Origin: Candidatus Omnitrophota bacterium | Lineage (GTDB): Bacteria > Omnitrophota > Gorgyraeia > Tantalellales > Tantalellaceae | Direction: 5' to 3' | Length of the DNA: 61,238 bases | Assembly: GCA_014728045.1 (NCBI GenBank) | Contig: WJMH01000012.1 | Span: forward strand, 1 to 61,238 | Shown here: positions 1 to 12,000 of the stretch, piece by piece | Layout of the letters: each line of letters begins with the position of its first letter | Position numbering within the stretch: the stretch's first letter is position 1 | The notes under the pieces: model-generated | Databases searched by the model: none | Told to the model about the DNA's origin: nothing | What the model saw: the letters and a program-made list of their open reading frames with translations, nothing else | Program-made: the position numbers and the translations under genes

Positions 1-16
1 GCATTACAGAAGAAGG

Positions 17-3000
17 ATGAGCACGAAGGTGAGAATGGACAGGCCGGGTACTCGTATCCTGGACGAGGAGAAAAGGGAGAGTATCAACGAAAGCCTTTCC
101 TCCGATGAACTTGCCAAAGAGATCGCCGATCAGCTGGGTGTGGAACAATACGGTATGAGGGCGGCCACCCCTGACAAGGTAGTGACAAGGCTTAAGGCAA
201 AGGGCGTCAGGATCAGCGACGACTGGAGGGAGTACACGGACCTCAAGCGCATGGTCCTATCATTCGCTTCCAGAGTATTTTCTGAGATGAGGGTGATCTC
301 CCATTACAAGGTAAATACATATATAAGGAACAACCTTCCCGAGGGGCTTTTGGCCGATACTCTCGAAAAAAGGCAGGAGAACCTCAGAAAGCTGTATCCG
401 GACAAGATCGACAGCAAGGATTACGGAGAAGATTACCAGATAAGCGCAAGGGTCATACCCGTAAAAGGGCTTTACGCGGCAACAGGGATAAAGGCGCAGA
501 TAGGCCTGGGCAGAAGTTACGGGGAACCCGTGATCTATATTGATGAGGATTACTGCGACGATCGGATCCTGGCTCATGAATTCTATGAAATGGGCATGTG
601 GGAAGCCAAACGCCGGGATCTGGCTCTTGAACCGCAGCAGATGAGAGACTGGATCCGGGAGAACATCGACAAGGCACGTTCTCTTAACAATGAATACCAT
701 GATCAGAACCCTTACCCGGTAACGGGGCACGAAGCTCCGTCGGTGAATTTCATTTATGAGGATGCCTCGGACATCCTGATATCGGGTGCCGAAAACAACG
801 CGAAGGTAATAATAGACGAACTGGTCGATCTCAGGGATAAACCCGGCACCATAACGGAAGCCGTTATCGAAGCTGAAATGGCCAGGATAGAAGCGCGCAT
901 GAGGGAACTGAACGTTTCCAAAAATACGGTCGATAAGAACACCTGGGACAAGCTGCAATTCAAAAAGCAGGCCACCGTATACCACCTCAGAAAACGCATC
1001 GGAGCCTCTGCCAGGACCGCGGACGCCGAAGAGAAACCCGAGAAAAAAGCCGAAGCCCCGGCAAGGAAATCAACGGCTCTCACTCCCCAGGCGAAAATCC
1101 AGCAGAAGATCGCCGAAGCTAAAAGCTGCATGGGGCTTTGGAACAGGTTGTGGGGCGCGGCCGATTATGACCGGGCGATAAAGCTCCTTACCGAGGTGCT
1201 GGAGATGGATAAACACAACCAGCAGGCGCGCCAGCTTTTGGCTACAGCCAAAAGCGCGAAAAAAGACGCCGAAGACAAAATAATCAAAAAGATAACCGAC
1301 AGCCTTAACACGGCCGGCACGGCGATCGCCGACGGCAATGTCAAAAAGGGCAGAAAACATCTTAACTCGGCTCTGGACCAGATCTACGCGCTGGGCGGCA
1401 AGAACGAGAGAGGTAAAAGCCTCAAAGAATGGGCGGATGACCTGAGAACGGAGCTCAACAACGAGATAGCCAAACAGAGAGGCAAGGCTCCCAAGAAGAA
1501 AGCCCCGAAAAAGCCAAAGAAGAAAGAGCAGGGGCCCCCTGAAGATATGCAGCTGGGCAAGAAAGCCATCCGCTCGGTTCCAAGGCCGGTCGTAAGCGAA
1601 GGCGTACCGGAAGCTGAAGAAAGTGAAGAAGCATCAGAAGAAGAAACGGGGCCTGAGATAGCAAGACCGGTGCCCCCGGCTCCCAGACCAGAGCCCGAGG
1701 TCCAGGCACCGATACCGCAGGTTACTCCTGTTATAGAACCCGGCAAAACAGCTTTTTCGGAAGAGGTCGAGAAGTTTCTGAACCTGATAGGCCTGAAGGA
1801 AGACTCCGAGGGCTGGGATATAGTGGGTATTGAAGCCCAGAAAGCGGTCGAATCAGGATGCGTCCTTACGGAAATAATGAATTTTTCGCAATGCAAAAAC
1901 ATAGTTTCAAAGGCCACCAAGGCATACAGTACGTTCACCGCTCTTATAGCCCTTTATGAGCCGATCATAAAGAGCGCCGAGAGCGCTCCGGGAACAGATC
2001 TGGCCGGGGTTATCAGCAGTAATCTCGGAATGATAAGCGCCCAGATAGACCAGCTTGAACCGCAGGTCAGGGAACAGGTCCAGAATAGGGCCGAACAGAG
2101 GGCCGAGCCCGCCGATGCCGGTACTTTTGTAGCCGAGATAAAGTATATCAGGACTGATGCCTATTCCCTTATCCTGGAGCCGATAATATCTAAGCTGAAA
2201 GCCCAGAAAAAGGCGGCATCCATACCGCAGGCACAAATATTGACCGATTATTCGTCGATAATGCAGAGGATCAAGGGGCTGGTCGCTCAGAAAGAACATA
2301 TGACCGGCGATGTCCTCGAGGCTGAAATAGCGGCGCTTGAGTCGGATATCGACAGGTTCAACCTCAACGAGGAGACCCTTGAGGGAAGCCGCGATCCGGA
2401 AACGCAGGAACCTTTGTGGGACCGTTTGCAGGCCGCGCTTAGTGAACTCAAGAGCGCGAAAGAAGAACCGGCCGGACAAGAGCCGGTAATAGAGCCTGTC
2501 TTCGAACCAGAAAGCGAGGAAGAGAAAGGCCTGCTTGAAGAGGAGCTGGCGGGCAAGGAGCTTCTGACCCGGGAAGGGTTTCTGGCGCGTTACGGGATTG
2601 AAAAGGACATGAAATTGTACGAATTCGTTTATAACGGTATTGATTCGGACTGGGAGGAACGGCAGAAAGAAAGCCCCGCTCAGCTGGCTGATAAACAACT
2701 TGAGTTCATAGTGCCGGTTGACTCTGCCGAAGAAGCCGGGTATCGCGAGGCTGTCAGCCAGGCGGTTAGCGAGATCGAGGACGGACGGACCGATCTGGCG
2801 ATGCAGTCACTTATACCGGTAATGGGTTTCGAACAGGAGGAGGCAACGCGTGTAAGGCTTATTTTGATATTACTCAGTTACATAGAAAGCATGGAGATCG
2901 AAGAGGCTGGCCAGGCAGAAGAAAAGCCCGCTGAAGAAGCCGCAGAGATCGAGGAAAAGGGCATACTGGAAAAGGCTTATGAAGAAGCGGATGAAGAACC

Positions 3001-6000
3001 GGACCAGGAAAAGGCGCCTGAGGAAAAAGCCGGACCTGAGATAGCCGCGCCTTCTAAAGCGGAAGAAGAAGCCGCTGAAAAAGGCGAGCCAGAGGGTGCA
3101 GAATTCTCACACAGGACGGAAATGTTCATGGACCTTCTGGGGATAGACAGCCACTTAGCCGTATACAATATCATAGCACGTGAAGTGGAGGATGTTATCG
3201 CTTCCGGCAAGAAACCCGCGGACATACTTGACCTGGGACAGGCACGCGAAACTGCCAGGGAAATCAATCTTGAAGCGCAGAAGTTCCAGAGTCAGGTCAG
3301 TTCCGTGAACGCCGAGCTTACCATACTGGAAAGAAGCGGGCTTTCTACCCTCAAGAGCAGGATAAAGGAAAGGCTCAAGTTCGCACTGGGGCAGGTGAAC
3401 CCGAAGACCAGGAAAACAGTTACCGAGAAAATGATGGCGAGGCTGGAAGATGAGTCAGCCAGACCTACCGATACCGGCAGTCTGATAGCGGAACTCTTCC
3501 AGATGAGAGATGACTCGATAGAGCGGCTCGCGCAGCCTGTACTTTCGGCTCTGCGTGAGGGGAAGACGGTCGCCGAGAGGAATGCCGCGAAGATCATGGG
3601 TCTTCTGCAGACGGCAGAAGAGGATATGACGGCCGGCCACTACACCCGCGCCCGCCAGAAGGCTGACAGGGTGCTTGAACTTGATGCCGGTAACGAGAAC
3701 GCCCGGAACATTCTCGCGCGCATTAATCGTATCGAATCGGGTGAACCCGAGGAAGCTGGGAAGGAACAGGCCGATCGAGACCAGGCGAGGTCCGAGACGC
3801 TTATACAGCATAATGAAATAATGGCCGCCGCGGTCCGCCTTATAGGCAGGCTGAGGCATATTGAAATGTATCCTCCCGTAAGCCAGGAGGATATCATACA
3901 GGCCGAGGACGAGATAACCGAATACAGCATGAGCGAAGAGAGCCTCAGGGGCGCTTTGGATTCATTGACCAAGAAGCCTCTCTGGGAGGAGCTTCAGCAG
4001 ATCCTTGATAAGGTAAAGAAGATATACGAAGCCCAGGAAACCCGCCAGAAGAGCAAGGTGGAAGCGACAGCTGAAAAGGGCATAATCGAGATACGCGTGT
4101 GGCTGAAGGACTGGCGCAGGCAGATGGAGCAGATCGATAATGAGAATATCCCCGATGTGGAAAAACTCGAGGATATCATTCGCGTAAAGATGAAGGAGCT
4201 CAATTACAGGAAGAAGGAGCTTGAAGCGCAAATATCCGAAACGGAAAAACAGACCGGCCAGCCTCGCAGAACAACCCCGCAGCAGCTTGAAGAGATGCTT
4301 TACAGGGATTTCGAGTTCTTTGTCAAAGGTGACGGTGAAGTGGCCGGCATCAGACAGATAATCGCCAAGAAAGGCGCCTTCAAGGTCCTTGAGCACATGG
4401 ACAACTGGCATTCAAGGGTTATGAAGTCCGAGGAGTTCGAAAACAAGAGCGTCAAGTACATTGAAGATTTCATAAAAGAACAGCGCGAAGAGATGCACCG
4501 GATAATGAGAAGGTACGGTATTACCGAAGAGATCGTTCCCGAAGACGTTGAAGAACTAACGCGCATGTTCAATTTCTGCGCTATGCAGGCAACGGTCGAG
4601 GCATCCAAGAGAAGGAAACCCCAGCTTACCGAGACCCAGCAGCTCATCGCCCTGGAAGCGCAAAGGGAACACGACACTCGGGAGTTGCACAAAAAATCGC
4701 ACGTTAATATCAAGGCCGCCAGACCCGATCAGAACGACAGGACAAAGGAACTTATCGAGCGCATTAACAAGGGCCAGAGCATGGAAGATATCGCCGATGA
4801 TGCGATCTCGGTGATCGAGCAGGTCATAGCCGAGAACATGGAAGAGGAACCCTCCAGGTTAAAGGAGGAGTTCGCTTCAATGACGCAGCGCATGTACGAG
4901 GAGGCCCGTGCCCTGGAAATAGTTGGTGCGGTTGAGATAGCTTTCAGCAAGATCATGATGTCCGACCAGACCGAAAGGGAGGCCAGGAAGACCATGGTCG
5001 ATGGCTTGAAGCAACTGAGCGTGGTTTTTGATTCTTCGCCGGGTCTCACCAGGAGCGAGGAGTCCAGGATCAATGCCAGCAACGTGCAGAATATGGCTGA
5101 ACGTGTCCTGGAATCCGCTTTCCGTTCCAGGTTCAGGAAATTCACGAATCTTTATGCCAGCCAGAGAAAGGCTGTAAAGGACGTGATCATCAAGGAAACG
5201 ACCTCCAGTGACGGCAGGATCAGGAGCCGGATAGGCCAGATGCCGACATCTTCCGGTAAGACCATAGCCCTTTATACGGCCGCGTATATCATGGCCATAA
5301 GAGCTTTGAGCGAAGAGGGCAGGAGAAACAGAGAGGGTATACTGGTAACTTCCACCGAAGAATCCAAGGCGAAGGAGGACGCCGAAGAAGCGGCCAGAGT
5401 GCTGTCCGAACTCGGCATACAGGTGGGTTTCGTGGGCACCAGAACTGACGGACAGGTACAGGGATATCTCTTTGACAGAGCCACCGGCGATCTGGAGAAG
5501 GTCGAGAACGACAGCAGGGTATATTCCGAGGCGATGGTCGTTTACGGCACTATTGACAAGTTCGTTCACCGTTCACAGAACGAGAAAATGACACAGGACC
5601 CGAATGAGAGACATTTTATCAGCCGGAAATGGCGACTTCGCATGGATGAGGCTGACGTACCTCTTCTATATGACCTTTCAAACCCGTTCATAGTTTCCAG
5701 CACGCAGGGCGATCCAAGGCTTCTGAGGAGGATCGACCAGGTGGTAACAGAGCATATCGTGCTGCGTAAGCTGAGGGAAGAACTGGGTGTCGGCGCGGAG
5801 AGCTTCAACCTTGCGGCCATGCGCGATAAACTGGCCGAGAGAGATCACCACAGGTCCTACGGTGAGCTTACATCCGAAGAGAAAGCCGAGGTGGACGGCA
5901 TTATACGCAGTAATACGGATCTTTACAAGACGAATACCGACAAGAAGGCGGTGATCCTGAACGAAGACGGTTCCTACAGGCTCACGGAAAAGCTCGGTGA

Positions 6001-9000
6001 ACTGGGCATACCCAAGGACAAGATCAAGGCGAATTTAGCCTCTTACTGCGAACTGGCACAGACGGCGATCGCCGCGCACCTTTTTGACGAGAAATACACC
6101 CATTACATGGAAATGCCCGTTCAGGGAAAACAGGAAATAGTAATGCTGGACGAGGGTACCGGCCGCGTCAAGTTCGGAAGGCTTCCGTACCATCTCCAGG
6201 CCGCAATAGAGGCCAAGGAAGAATTCCCCGTCAGGCCGGAAGAGGATACCGACCTCATTTACCAGATAGACGGTATTGTCCGCGAAAAGATCCTTAACCA
6301 TCCGGGGCTTTACGAAAAGAAGGAGAACGAAAGGTTTGTCATGCTGAACTCCCGCGGTCTCGAGGTACTTCAGCAGGCACTGGTCGATTCGGGCAGGAAG
6401 ATCGACGAAGTCAAACAGGACATGTCCAAGTTCGAGGAGCTGGCCGAGAGGGCCCTGGCGGCGTCTCTTTTCTACGTGAAGGACAAGGATTACAGCGTAA
6501 TGAAGGTGAACGGCAAGGACGAGATCATACTGCTGGACGAGGGTACGGGTAAACCCATGTACGGCAGGAGGCTTTCGCATGGCCTTCACGCCGCTATAGA
6601 GGCCAAGGAAGGCCTTGAAGTTCGGCCCGAGGGCGTTGTCGTAGCATGGGGCACCTTGACGGGATTCCTCAAGCAACCTTTCATACATTCTTTCGGCGGT
6701 GTTACCGCGACAAGCGAGAAGGACGCCATGTGGCAGCTTCACCGCCTCAGGACGGTCGACATCCTGCAGCAACTCAGGGAAGAGCTCTCGATAAGGCAGT
6801 TCAATAAACCCTATTTTAACCTCAGCGACGAGGAAAGGTCCCAGATAGACAAGGCCGTGATAGAAAGCCGCAGGGAGGAAAAAGACCCGCAGATATATGC
6901 TACCCGCACGAGAAAGGTAAAGGCGGTCCTCAGGGTAGTTATGAGAGAACACAAGAACGAGCAGAAGAGGCCCATCCTGATAAAGGTCGCCAATGACCTC
7001 GAAGCCAGGGAGATGGCCGCTCTTATAAGGAACGGCCTCAGTGAGAACACCGGTAAAGATCTCCTCGAGGAAATGGCCCGGAAACAGTTCAATAAACATT
7101 ACAAAGACCTCAGCGAGGAAGAGAAGAACAAGATCAATAACATAGAGCTTATGACCGCGGCCACCTACGCGGACATCGACCAGATAAAGAAAAGAGCCGG
7201 TAAAGAAGGCCAGATCACCATAGTCACCAACCTCGGCGGACGCGGTATAGACATAAAACTTACCGCTGAATCCTCCAGGATAGGCGGACTTTTCGGCATA
7301 TCCACGTATTTTGACGAGCTGTCAGCTTCGGACATACAGTTCAGGGGCCGTGTCGGAAGGAACGGACGCCCCGGTGTATGGATGGGGTTCTGGTCTCTTG
7401 AAGACAGGGCTTTCACCAAATATGCGGAAGCTCATCCGGAAGGGGTCAAGGTGCTCAGGGATCTGCTCGATGCTGTGGAAAAGGACGAATCCAGGCCCAG
7501 CAAGCATATAGGGGGTGAACCCATAGTCAAACAGATCGTTGAAGAGATAAGGGAGTCGATCAAGAAAAGACATATCTATGCTAATCGCCAGCACCAGGAA
7601 CTTTCCGAATACATAGGGAAACTGAAGGTTTCTTTCTTCGAGAAACGCGAAGAAGCGGTGGAAATGTTGCGTCAGGTGGTTGACAGGATGCAGGTGGAGA
7701 AGCAGAAACTTGAGGATATCGACCGCAATATAATCGAACACGGGGAAGAGTTCATGGACCTGATCGGGGAACCGGCGCCCTCAAGGGACGCATCAGCTTC
7801 CCAGATAATCGAAAAAGTAATGATAGCCTGCGACGAGGATGAGGAAGTGGGCAGGAATATCACGGATCTGGCCGCCAAGGGGATCACATCCGCCGATCAC
7901 CTGATAAAGATCATGGGTAGAAGGGAGTCCTTGCTCGAGACCATAAGAGAGCTCGAGGTCGAACGCAAGAAGCTCATGTTCCCGATAGTCAAGATGGACG
8001 TCTCCTGGAAGAGATTTCTCGGGAAAGCCGGAAACATACAGAAGGACCTGGACAGGTTCCTGAGGCATTACGGATGGCGCCAGGCTCTCCTGCAGATAGA
8101 CCCGGTCGTTAACCGCGAAGCCATGGTCAAAGAAGCCTATGAATCGGAGTTCGGTGCTCCCCACAAAAGTTTGAGCTTTTTCCGGATCGCCGTTAGGGCG
8201 CTTCTGGCTATGGGAGCCCTTTTTACCACCACAATGTTCGCTCCGAATGTCATCGTCAGCTTTTTCGATATACTGGGATTGCCGGCGACTCCCGGGTATA
8301 TCCTGCTAATAGCTATCGGCGCTCTTATAGCCGTGAACCCGCGGATAGGCCTTTCGGTACTTACGATGACCGCTTTCTGGGCCATATTCAAAAGCCTTTT
8401 CAGGGTAATGGACATACAGTATCTGACGGTCAAGCTTACTTCCGACGCGTTCTCGCTATTATCGAATGATGCTTATCTTATTTTCCTGACCGGCCTGGCC
8501 GGGGTCGTATTTCTGGCGGTCACGATGATGATGCAGAGGAAATTCCTTAAACAGTTCCAGGAAATGGACAAGAGCCTCAGGAATTTTGCCAGGGCCTTCC
8601 ATGAAATAGACGGAGTGAGTTTTACGGGTTCAATGATCAAGTTCGTGTTCCAGCAGGTGCTCAACCTTGTCAATTACATCGCTCCCATGCTGGCGGGGCT
8701 TTGTCTTATAGTGACCGCGGCGTTTCCGCCTTTCATAGAAGGCGCTTTGGTAGTGGCTCCGGTGACCGTGGGTGTGGGCGCGGCAATTGGCGCTCTGGGC
8801 ATGTTGACCACGGGCGTGACCATACTCGTGAACTGGAAAAGGATAAAGGAAAGAGGAGTGCACCGCCCCAGTCTGGCAGAAAGGTATTTTACGGTCATAA
8901 TAGACAGCGTTCTGACGCTTTCCGCAGGTGTTTTCGTTTTCACGATGGCGACGCAGGTCAATCCTTTAACCTATATAGCCGGGCTTGCCGCGGCCGCGCT

Positions 9001-12000
9001 GCTGATGGTGACCGCGAGGAAGGTCATATCCAAGGCTTTCGGCACGCATGCTCTGCACTGGAAGACAATACGCATGGGGATCTATACCGCAATTCCCGTT
9101 ACATTGCTGATGCTCGGCGTTACCAAGGCCGTCGGCATGACATCCGCCCCCCTGACAACTGTCATGACGCTTGCTTCGGTTCCGTTCCTTTTGAGTTTGA
9201 CCGGATACCTCGTAGCTCAATGGTATTCGGCGAAGAGGCTTTCTCAGATAGAGTCCAAGATAACGGGTATTTCAAGGACCAGAAGCCTTGTGGCCACGAT
9301 CTTCGAACAGAATGTTCTTAACGTAAGGCAGTGGGCTCCGGGGCTGGGAGCTGTGGCCACAGTTACGCTTTCGGTATGGGGTCTGTTCAGCAAAAGCAGT
9401 CTTATTTCAGGGGTACCGATAACCGTCGGGGTTGTGCTCGGCCTTTATCTTGTGCTGAGAATAGCAAAGGCGATTTATAAGTACCAGTACGCCAACAGCA
9501 ATATCTCCGAGAAATCCATCAAGAGCCTGAGGCTCGCAAGGGATGTAATATCCCGCAACGAGATGATCCGGCTCAGAAGCAGTATCATCGCTTTCAAGAA
9601 GGAGCGCTTCAACACGGATAACCCGTATCTGCTGGCGATCAACAAATTATGGGATGCCTCGGAAGACAATTCGGTCCTCAGCAGGATAATGAACGAGATC
9701 ACGATACACGGTCCTCCGAGCGGCGGGAAATGGGATATATCTGATCTTAAACGCAGTATAGAGAATATCATATATTTCCGCAATACCGTGAACCTTCACG
9801 GCGAAGTCATGCAGAGGAACGAACATGGTGAACTTGCGGTGAACGCCTACCTGGCGCTTTTCAGCGAATTCAATCTCGTCAGGACATATCTTGATAAAGC
9901 TTATGAATCGGCGCGTGATCCGGAGAACTGGATGAAGGCGCTGAGGTATTCGTTCCTTTTTGCCATAGGTTTTCCGATGCTTACCGGCGGCGCGAAGGCC
10001 GCCCATGTCAAACGCACAGAAGCGGTCTATAAACATGAGCAGCAGCTCGAGGAGCAGAGGACCATGCAGCAGATGCGCCGTAACAGGCTCACGGAGCTGC
10101 AGAACATGGAATCGGAAATAGAGCGCATGCTTAATTTCATGCGCCGCAAGGCCCTGCAGGGTGATGTTGAACAGTTCGAAAAGACCGAGGAAAGATTAAA
10201 AGCAACGCTGGAACTGTACCGGTCCGGCAACGCTGAGCTGCTTACCGAACAGGAGAGAGGGGATATTAAGTCCAAATCCACCAATTATGAACTCCAGGCG
10301 CAAAGGCACAGAGCGCTTCTTGAAAAGGTGCTGGCCCAGAGAGAGGCATTTAAAAACGCGAGGAAGCAGGCCAGGCTCAAGGAGCTTGCCGACAGGATAG
10401 ACCAGATACTTGATAAGATGAACGATGCGGCCGAAGGCGCGGACAAGGATGCTTTCGACAGGTGGGCCGCGGAACTGGAGCATATGCTTGAACGCCTTGC
10501 GGAAAACCCGGATATAGGGAAGGATCACCGCCTCATTCTTGAGAACAGGAGACTTGCCGGGATATCCAGGTCGATACTGCAGGCAAGGTTAGATGCCAGG
10601 GAAAAGGAAGTCAAAAGGCTTGAAGAGTTGCTCAAACAGATAAATGCCGCCATCATAGATGCCCACAAGAACGTTTTCGACGAAAAGGTGAGTGAAATGA
10701 AGAAAGCTCTTGCCGAAACGGAACTTCTTGATGAAAGGACCAAGGACAGGTATTCAAGAAGCATAGTTAACGCAGAAGCTGCCATGAAAAGAAGGCTCGA
10801 CGCTCTTGAGAAGGCCAGGGACGAAAAAGAAAAGGCCCAGGTAACAGAGATAGAGTCGATACTTGCAAAGATGGAAGGATCCGCCAAGGCCGCCGACGTG
10901 GCTCTCTTCAACAAACTGAAACAGACGTTGGAGAAAGCCCTAGATTCGGCTGATATGGTCGATGATGTGTCGAAGACCGGTTACAGGGTAAGAGCCCACG
11001 AGGCTGGGGTGCTTTTGAAGGAAGTAAGGGACGCCATGGCGGCCTATCATGACAGGGTCATCAAGTTCGCCAGGACCGCACCGCAGTATGCTTTGGCCGA
11101 GAACGCAGAGAACACCGAGCAGGCCTGGGAAAAGTTCAGGGCCGACGCGGAGAAGATCAGAAGCGAGGCCCCCGGGGTCTATGACTCCGAACTGGTGGAT
11201 GCTTATTTCAGGCTCGGGGAGATACTCCTCCGGAGCGCCCTGAGCGACAGGGTGGATACAGCCGATGTCATAAAGGTCAGAGAGCTTCTTTCCCGCGCCA
11301 AAAAGAGCACCGAGGAGATCGACAGGATAAAGGAACTCATAGATACAATAGCCGAGGAAAAGACCCTGGATAACAGGCTCTTCATACAGCTTGTATTCGG
11401 GTATTCGCTTGGGGACAGGTTGCCGCGGTTCGCGGTGGGGGACGGTTCGGGCAGTACTTCGAGTGACCTGCCGGTAAGTGTGGATTTCAGCGGCTTCCCG
11501 CAGGTGCCGCTATCCACTGCAGACCGCATCCGCCTGGTCAATTCCTTCGAGTCCCAGCAGGACGCTTTGGGCAGATGGTGGATAATGATAAGCGACAATG
11601 GTACACAGAGCGATACCAGTGACGATATCTGGATAGCCGCCGATACATATAATGACATGATCCAAGATCTCTATCCGCAGATTCAGCAGCTCGCCACCGA
11701 AACAGGACATACTATAGATCCCTCATGGCCGGCTACGGTATTTATCGCCAATGCCGGCAATAACAGCGCTCCCGAATGGCAGAGGAACATACGTGAGTTG
11801 GTTAACTGGCTGATAATAGCCGAACAGGCCGGGATATATGAACATTCCGCCTCCGACATGATGGATAACATCATGGAGAACATGGACGATGTTAACGATT
11901 ACCTACGTGAGTACGGGGACGGGGAACTTACCCTCAGTGACGAGGAAGAACTAGGATTGCTCCTCTGGGTCTCTCAGGGGACGGCTGACGGGCATTCGGT

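Noticed and set aside
5130-8150. Housekeeping secA gene
   Set aside because: It is an internal domain of a continuous ORF with a duplicated PPXD and extra insertions, and has no start or stop of its own, so I assigned no gene symbol.
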